NCBI RefSeq assembly: GCF_000315625.1
Contig: NW_005434671.1
Location: 186,001 to 250,000 of the forward strand
Reading direction: 5' to 3'
Source: Guillardia theta CCMP2712
Lineage: Eukaryota > Protista > Cryptophyta
DNA: 64,000 nt
This document shows positions 55,915-64,000 of this stretch, piece by piece; the first letter of the stretch is position 1; each line of letters starts with the position of its first letter. The position numbers were made by a program, and so were the translations under genes. Below the pieces are notes generated by a model that worked only from the letters and a program-made list of their open reading frames with translations, had not been told where the DNA came from and made no database searches.

Positions 55915-57393
55915 TCATCCGCCAACCTCGCTCACTTTGTTCACAGAGATGAGTTCTGTTGTAAGATAAGTCGCAAACCTTCCTTGTATCGTACTCAAAC
56001 TCACCTATGTAGAACGCAAGGCGCTCGTTCGCTTCGATGTCAGGCACACAGGTTTTACCCTGCTGTGAAATGAGGAGAGGAAAACAGAAAGTGCTGCTAG
56101 AGAACCGGAGGGCAAGCAAAGGCCAATTCGGGAATCAGAAAGACAAGCTTGGCTCCTCCAGGCTGTAAGAGCCATGAGTTCAGTGTTGGTTTCATCATGC
56201 AGGATCAGGGAGAGGAAGGAGAGGGACGCGCAGGAGCAGGAGCAGGGAGCAGGGAGCAGGGAGCAGGGAGCATGGACCTTCATGTCCTTCAGAGCCTCCT
56301 CAAGACCTAGCGTCAACTGTGCCTTTCCATACCTGAGAGAGCATTTCTCAACATGCTGCTCCGCCTCGAAGGCGTCAGGATCAAAGGCGCTTCTCAGTCA
56401 CCTGACTTTCATCGTCCTCCCGCGGTCATACGACGAGTCGAAGCGGGGACTATCCTTGAGGATGCCCTTTTTTGCACGTCAGAATCTAACCTCCTCCTCC
56501 TCCTCCTTCTCATCCTCATCCTTCTCCTCGTCCTCCTTCTCCTCCTCATCATCATCATCCTTCTCCTCCACCACCTCTTCCTCCTCCTCCTTCTCCTCCT
56601 CGGCACACTTACTTGAGGCATAGATGGATAAATCTCTGGATCACTCTCCCGCTCAGAGCTGGGATGATCAGCAAGCATAACGTGTCAGGGCGGCACGACA
56701 TCTGACTATGCCCTACCACTCGTATGTGCCATCGCTCTCAGCAGTGCAGGCTGTGCCGATATACTGGAGCTCGACCACGTCTCCTTTCTGCGGCGACTTC
56801 AACGTCTCATTTCCAACCTGCTCACTGCCGTCATCGCACCGCCCACCACCAGCGTCACTCTCTTGCCTTCAAGACTTTGAAGTAGAGCCCCGACTTGGTC
56901 TGCGTGTAGGACTCCAAGTCCTTGACGCTTGTCGGGAACTGAACAGTGGGTGAATCCTTCCCGCCTCCCTTGACCTAATCGCAAGGACGTCAACGGGCCT
57001 GCAAGCTTGACATGTTTCACATGACGAGTCGTCACTCACAAAGATCCTGTTTCTGTTCGTTCCAGGAGTTGACAAGCCTTTGCGGAGCCTCTCGGACTCT
57101 CGACGAAAAGTCTGCTCCTCAGCTGCATCTGCTCTGTCAACCAACAGGGACACAGCTGGAGCGGCAACAAGGAGCGAGATAACGTCTCTCCTCGTGATCC
57201 CGTCCTCGTCCTTGAGCGCCATGACTGCAAGGCTCCGACGGCTCGTCGTTGGCTGCGCGGGAAGAGCCTTCCATGCACTCCATGCGCATCTCGGGGCGAC
57301 GAGAGGAGAGCATGGACCCTGCCAGCATCGGCTGACGCCTGTGAAGGCCTCGCACACTCCGCAAGCCGCGAGGAGGAGGAACAGGCGCTGCAT
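55915..57393 (-). CDS. Thylakoid-lumen FKBP-type peptidyl-prolyl isomerase
   Basis: MQRLFLLLAACGVCEA-F leader; twin-arginine signal TRRDVISLLVAAPAVSLLVDRADA; TKSGLYFK, PQKGDVVELQYIG, FDSSYDRG, LGLEEALKDMKPGG..LIPELAF, LAFYIELISV. Confidence 0.88.
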
Positions 57394-57492
57394 GCCGGCC
57401 GCGCGGTGTCCTTGTTTGTGAGTCTCCTCTGAGGCGGGCTGCGGTTCGAGGATGACCAGGAGGGGAGGAGGAGCCAGGCAGAGTAGCTGGGG

Positions 57493-58602
57493 ATGGTGGT
57501 ACACCATGGTGAGAGGTCGATGGTGCGGGGGAAGACGACATGGCTGGTTGTCGGAGTTGCCATGCTGGTCATCGCCATGGTCGTCCTCAAGGTAGAGCCA
57601 TGGCGCCATGCTTTCAAGGGTTGCTTACCATGGAGGCGTCGATATATGATTTCATCATCGGAGTGGTTCCTCGACTGACTTGTCTGTTGTGACAGCCGCA
57701 GTCCCACCGGCAAGAGCTCGAGAACATCCCGGAAACATGGTGGAAGAGGAACCTGGGAGCAGGGAATTGCGGTGCTGGAACAAGAACGGATTGCTCTGGT
57801 CATTTTATCCTTCTCCCTCTCCTACCTGAATCCTAGAGCAGGAGTTGTCCTCCGAAGGGACCAGTCGAGGGCTCTCCCTCCTTCGGATTCCATGCAGAGA
57901 TATCGCAAGGAAGGATGGACGCGATCAGTGCGTGAGCTCTTCAGTGACGGAGTGTTCTTCCGCTTGGAAAAGCACTCGGTCGTGCAGGCAGCCAGCCCCA
58001 ACCACGTCATCAACGACTGGATGTGGTGCGAAGTGCCAGACATGGTGTGAGCATGCTCCTTCACTCTCTCCTCTTCCCTCCTGCATCGCAATGGATGTTG
58101 ACTGCTGGATGTGTCGTCAAGGTGAACGTCCTCGCTCAAGGGACTGATGGGAAGTTCCTCGTGTTCAAACAGACCAAGTACGGCCTTGATGGGGAGAGTC
58201 TGGCAGTGAGATCTTGTTGCTCATGTCTTCAGCATCGTCTCTGACCTTTCCTGCTTTCCCACAATCTCTTTACAGCTTCTCGGAGGATACGTGAAGGCTG
58301 GGGAGAGCGCAGACGCCGCAGCTTCCCGCGAGGTCCTCGAGGAGACGGGCATGGAGTGCAAGAACATGAAGTTTCTGGGCAACTTCCGAACAGACGCAAA
58401 CAGAGGCTTCGGCTACTTGTACGCGTTCTTGGGGCAGGAGTGTCAAAAGTCCTCCAAGACGGCTGAGTCAGATGATCTCGAAGTTCAGACTCCGACCTAC
58501 CTGGATGTGAAGGAGCTCAGGAACGAGGTAGTGAAGGGAAGCTTCAAGGAGGTCAAGTGGACAGCGACTATTGGCCTCGCGCTGTTGTCCATGGATAAGT
58601 AG
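57493..58602 (+). CDS. Nudix hydrolase (ADP-ribose pyrophosphatase-like) with N-terminal signal anchor
   Basis: TM WLVVGVAMLVIAMVVLK; VNVLAQGTDGKFLVFKQTKYG; Nudix box GGYVKAGESADAAASREVLEETG. Confidence 0.87.
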
Positions 58603-58715
58603 TGCCGGCACATCAACATGTCACGTCGTTCATTCGGAAACTATTTTCGGTAGAGGAGAAATGGAAGTGATCGACAGTGCCTTGATGCGCTTCGATAGAG
58701 AGATCTCGTCCTTGC

Positions 58716-60879
58716 CTAATATCGCAGAGACCATGTATGGCGGCGGAGCCACAAGTAGTCGGGAAGGGTGCTGATGTTGCCCTTGGCTGAGACAGCAATG
58801 CACTTGTCGTCGAAGATGTCAGCAGCAACACGCCTGACACGCCATTTGTCAGATTCGCCCTTGATCTCGCACACAATCTCACCTCACGGTAGGAGCATCA
58901 ACCGCGTCGATACGAGCAAACAACTCGGCCATGGACAGACGCCTTCCATAGTTGAGCATCTGTCTGCCAATGTCCTCGCAGACCTGGAAACCCGACAAAT
59001 CAACCAAAGTGAACCACGTGACCCACAATCAACCTGAGAAAGCGAGCTGTCCAACTGTCCAACGATGGTGGACTTGAGCTGGGTCTTCGCCAACTCGACC
59101 TTCTCGTCAGAAGCACTGTGAACCAAACGCTGGAACTCGCGGAAGATCGCCCACTGAGCCTCCATCACGTTCTTCATCTCAGCAACGTAGTAGACTCCGA
59201 AGAGGCCGGTGTCGCTGGTCAACAATCTCAGCATCCTCGCCATGAGATTCGGAGCACAATTCTCCTACTAACCTGTACTGGGTGTTGAAGGTCATGGCAC
59301 TCTGGACGAGCGGATATCCACGAGGGTTATCTCCAGCAAGCAACGAGACCATGTCAGTGCCGGAATGAATGGCAGAAGAATAGTTGGGGTCGAAGCTTCC
59401 GAGCATTGCCTGGAGACTTGTAAATTGCTGCTGGCATATTGATGTCTACGGCTCTACCTGCATGACCATAGTTGCCGGCGAATCAGCGTGGCAGATGTCA
59501 ACAGTCTCCCATGCAGTGGCAACGTACGCAAGTTGCATCTAAAAGCAGGTATCAACCTCAACATCAGCTGCAGATCATTGAGAATCACCTCATCGTCTCT
59601 GACACGAATGTCCGAGCCGGTGAAGTAAGCTGGGGCAAGCGAAACCACGCCAGGACCAGAAGGAGTAGTTGGGGTAGCAGCGAAGGCCTTGGAGACCATG
59701 TTGACGAACTCGTCGTGCTCGACAGGGCCAGCAGCGACGATCACCATTCTTGAGGCGATGTAGTTGGCCTAGAAAACAAGTCATCAAAGACAGTACGCAA
59801 AACAATAATATCTTCGAATAGATGAGTTCGATAACCAGGAGACATGAAAAATTTGGAAGAAGGAGCAGAGGGAGATTCATATATCCTGAATTCGTGCATT
59901 TCGGTTGTCTACCTGGATGTAGTTGAGGATCAAGTCACGAGTCATGTTCTTGATGTTGTCCTCAGTCCCGAGAATGGTCCTGCCGAGAGGGCTGGTCTGA
60001 TAACTGAAGCAAGCATTATTCAACTACATATCTTCAACTTCACAGCACAGATGCCACTTACGCAGTGTAGTGAAGGTTGTCGAAGACGACTTCCTCCTCG
60101 AGTTTCTCGACCTCCTCCATCTCTTGCAGAATAGTCTTCTTCTCTCTCTCGATGGCAGCAGGATCAAAGGTGCTGTTGAGAAGCATCTCTGACAGGATGT
60201 TGAGAGATTCTCCAACCTGATTGAAGTCAGAAACACGCCCATGCCGATCAAAGGGTTTACATCTTTCTTCAAGACGTTTGCGTAGTAGACCGTTTGCTCA
60301 CGGGAGGTGTAAGCATTAAGGCGGCATCCCATCTGTTCCACTTTCTTCTCGAACTATCAATACAACACAACTTCAGAACCAACCAACTGAGGGAAGTCAT
60401 AGGAACCTGTCCCTGAGTCGAGTTCTTAGAGCCCTTGAAGAACATGTGCTCGAGGAAGTGAGCACTTCCGTTCCCATCATCAGTCTCATAGCGGCTTCCA
60501 GACTTGATAAAGACTCCAACAGCGACGCTCTCCCCAGGCGTCTTTTCCGTGGCAACCCTCATTCCGTTGGGAAGGGTGGTCACCTGCACGAATTTGAGCA
60601 ACGACTATCACAGATGAACGTACAGACCTTGGTTGCAGGAAGCTTCAACAGTGCCGGATCGATCTGATAGGATGGTGGCAGCGGTCCGCAGTAGGACTTG
60701 CGCAACTGAGCGAATGTAAGTCAACCATAATGCAAGTGAGCAGCTCGACTCACTCCAGTGAAGATGCCTGCTGAGTACAGGTCTGCCTCATTGGGGTGGG
60801 CAACTGTAGAGGCAAACCTCTTGGACAGAGCAGAGGTTTTCCCAACACGAGAAATGAACAGATTCCCTGCGCGCCTCAT
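58716..60879 (-). CDS. Mitochondrial processing peptidase beta subunit (M16B)
   Basis: R/S-rich presequence [22 protein letters not shown]; [22 protein letters not shown] inverted Zn motif, [33 protein letters not shown]; C-terminal [16 protein letters not shown]. Confidence 0.93.
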
Positions 60880-60959
60880 TTCGGTGCCAGCACTGCATAC
60901 AAGAAGTAATCAGGGAAGTTCTTCGGATTCACGACAACAAAAAGAATGATGATCATGTC

Positions 60960-62060
60960 CTCTAGACATCATTAAACCATACTCCATCAACGGTGTTTCT
61001 ATTGATCCTTGCCAACCCTATGGTTTCCAAAACAAATAGTTGCGTATCATGATTCATAACAGCTCTTCTCCGATCCGTTCAAGCCATTACACCTCATGCT
61101 TGCAACAGGATCAACTGCACATAGAGCACTCTCTGAGTTCACCCGCAGTACTCTATGATGCATCATGTGCATGAATGATCGCCTCGGCCCATAACTTGTT
61201 CAATCCCCGCTCTCCCCCATCCTCCTGATATACAGACTCTACTCCTCTGCCGCCATCGCGGCGGCGCGTGTGGTTGAGTAAAACCTTTCTTCGATACTGA
61301 AGGACCCCACCTCCAGATGTATCACCACCCCCTTAGTTTTCGATCAGAAGACCTACTACTTTTACCCGTACTGTTTCGCTATTGTTCCTCGGTAAATATA
61401 GGGTAGGTACTCAGACTACCCACCACCACCACACGACGGACCATCAGATCAGCTTGATGCTTCCGAGGTCGTAGAAGGCCCTATCTGCCTACAACTTCAA
61501 TTAGAATGTTCACTTTTAAATTTATATCTGACTATAGAGTTCTTTTGATAATGCTCTAAATTAAGTATTTATTTATTTGTATGAAATATGTACAACTAAT
61601 ATGATATATATATGTATTACCCTAACTTTTTGGCCGAAGCTAGTTGTGTAGACATGGCATTGCCTGAGAAATAAAAGTTTTTTAGTACTATGTATTTAAC
61701 AAGTTCAGAAGCATCAAATTCGTTTGGTGATTCGGAAGGTGTAGGAATGACAAACAGACATCTGTTTTTTTCAATTATCATATAGTAATTTTATTATATT
61801 TGATATTCCTATCAGAACAACTCAGTACCAAATACTTCTATCAACCCGTACAACGAATCAGATTGTAGTGTGGTCCTATCTTATCTAGACCCAATAGATA
61901 GCACTCGGCCCTAGTGTAGCAGCATAGGAAGAGGCTTTAACAGAAATATTCAGTGCACGCCAGCGGCGGAGCACACAGAAGGCCCGCCCGGTACGGTATT
62001 GAAAGTGAACTTTGAAAGTTTGAAGGTTTTGGGAAGCTCAAAGTTTATCTCCAAAGTCTT
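60960..62060. other. Composite intergenic island (ACCC-rich, AT-rich, short CCGG/GAAAGTT cap)
   Basis: Lies between the divergent MPP-beta and CK2-alpha genes. Confidence 0.55.
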
Positions 62061-62701
62061 AAAGTTTCGACAGCCCTTGGGTCCCTCTCCGCCTCCCGCT
62101 CTGAAGAACCCCTGCATGCGCTCCTAGCATCGCGCCCACCACGGCAGCAGCACAAGCAGCTGTACCGTCCTCCTTGCGATACCACTGAACCAGAGCTCGC
62201 ATCTGTACTGTTCCCCCCCGTGCTTTGCTCCGTACTCTCAAATGCTGAACGGTTGGCGCGTGCTGTTCGTTACGTCGTTTCCCAGCCGACCCCCTTGTGT
62301 CGTATGTGTGTGTGCAGGATGTTAGAGGAAGAAGAGAAGTTATGAACAAGATTTCATGTCACTTGGACATTAGTGGAGACAGTTTTAACCCTTCGTGATT
62401 CATTCTTCTCAGCTCATTCATATATGGTGTTCGCCAACTTGATTTGAACAGCCCATCCGAACCTGCCGTAGAACGATATTTGTTGCACCCTTTGGCTCTA
62501 AGCCAATCGATTTTCTTGTTTTGATCTTTTCTGTATTACATCAAGAAATCCATTGAAAGATGATCATTCCCCTTACATAACCATGGGGGCCGATCAAGTT
62601 TGAAATGAATTCACTAAACTTCATGAATTTTACACCTGAAATATATTTGATTCTCTCCTATTCAACACGCTGAGCGTGAACGATGACGTTTTGATTTCCA
62701 G

Positions 62702-63979
62702 ATGAGGAGAGCACAGTCAAGAGCTCGTGTGTACGCCGATGTCAATGTAACTAGGCCGAAGGAGTATTGGGACTACGAATCGATAGCTGTGCAATGGGGG
62801 TAAGAGATCTATACCTGTGGTTTGGACCCGAACTGATGAACGATGACAGTGATCAGGAGGATTATGAAGTGATTAAAAAAGTTGGGCGGGGCAAGTACAG
62901 CGAAGTGTTTGAAGGAATCAATGTTGTGAATGAACAGAAATGCGTCATCAAGATATTGAAACCTGTGAAGAAAAAGAAAATAAGGAGGGAAATTAAAATT
63001 CTTCAGAATCTTTGCGGGGGGCCAAACATCATAAAGCTGCTAGACATCGTAAGGGATCCTCAATCTAAAACTCCGAGTCTTATCTTTGAACATGTCAATA
63101 ACGTGGACTTCAAGATCCTCTATCCTATGCTTTCAGACATGGATATCCGCTTTTACATCTACGAGTTGTTGGTTGCCTTGGAGTTCTCGCATTCAAATGG
63201 GATTATGCACCGTGATGTGAAGCCGCATAACGTCATGATCGATCATGAGAAGAGAAAGCTGAGGTTGATTGATTGGGGACTGGCGGAGTTCTACCACCCG
63301 GGGAGAGAATACAATGTCAGGGTAGCCTCAAGGTACTTCAAGGGACCCGAGCTGCTTGTGGAGATGCAAGAATATGACTACTCACTGGACATGTGGTCAC
63401 TTGGATGTATGTTTGCTGGAATGGTGTGTTTCTGAGTAATTGTGCATCCATCAACATGCTGAATTGCACTCCAGATTTTTCGCAAAGAGCCCTTTTTCCA
63501 CGGTCAGGACAACTACGATCAACTTGTCAAGATCGCGAAAGTTCTGGGCACAGATGATTTGTTTGCGTACATCGATAAGTATGGAATAGCTCTGGATCAT
63601 CGGTACGATAGCATTTTGGGCAGGTGCGTAATTGATACTATGATAAGTCAATCTCGACAAGATAGCGAGCATATTGATGTTCTCACGCAGGCACACGAAG
63701 AAACCTTGGTCATCTTTCATTAAGCATGAGAATCAGCATTTGGTTTCACATGATGCAATAGATTTTCTGGATCACTTGTTGAGGTGCTTGATTTCGCATG
63801 TTGTAGGCACGTATTGAATGATATTTTCTTGCAGATATGACCATCAGGAAAGGCTCACGGCGGAAGAGGCAATGCAGCATCCCTACTTCAACCCGATCCG
63901 TGGAATGGTTCCCATGAGGGACTCGGTTCAGACCAACAACACTCCAGCAGCTGCTTCCAACAACCCTAACGAGACGTAG
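62702..63979 (+). CDS. CK2A: Casein kinase II catalytic alpha subunit
   Basis: [106 protein letters not shown]. Stop TAG 63977-63979. Confidence 0.96.
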
Positions 63980-64000
63980 GTCGTGACGCGTCGGTGAGTT

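Overview
This is eukaryotic nuclear DNA with many introns and high gene density. I reconstructed about 23 protein-coding genes by hand across GT-AG and GC-AG introns. Several genes carry a signal peptide followed by Phe/Tyr and a transit peptide, which indicates an alga with a secondary red plastid; the ~45-55 nt introns and purine/pyrimidine microsatellites fit a cryptophyte such as Guillardia (inference). Recognisable products: GT10 fucosyltransferase-like protein, Kv channel, RI-type LRR protein, membrane fatty-acid desaturase, GT-B-like protein, EMC7, SERBP1/HABP4-like protein, PAK-type kinase, glycyl-tRNA synthetase, dephospho-CoA kinase, PAS/LOV-like protein, DRG GTPase, Lon-N domain protein, ferrochelatase, EF-hand protein, lumenal FKBP, Nudix hydrolase, MPP-beta and CK2-alpha. 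The most unusual items are: (1) a GlyRS spliced in frame to a C-terminal Dpy-30/RIIa-like dimerisation-docking domain; (2) a T1-less Kv channel with a 74-aa, six-Cys turret containing a DxNxDG loop; (3) a PDZ-CRIB-kinase PAK; (4) a secreted repeat protein with dibasic spacers; (5) recurring CCGG-rich, GGGT-rich and AT-rich intergenic islands that separate blocks of strand-alternating genes. I found no rRNA, tRNA, CRISPR array or transposase. Two 100-N gaps lie inside the GlyRS gene. All exon boundaries are manual predictions and no database search was run.
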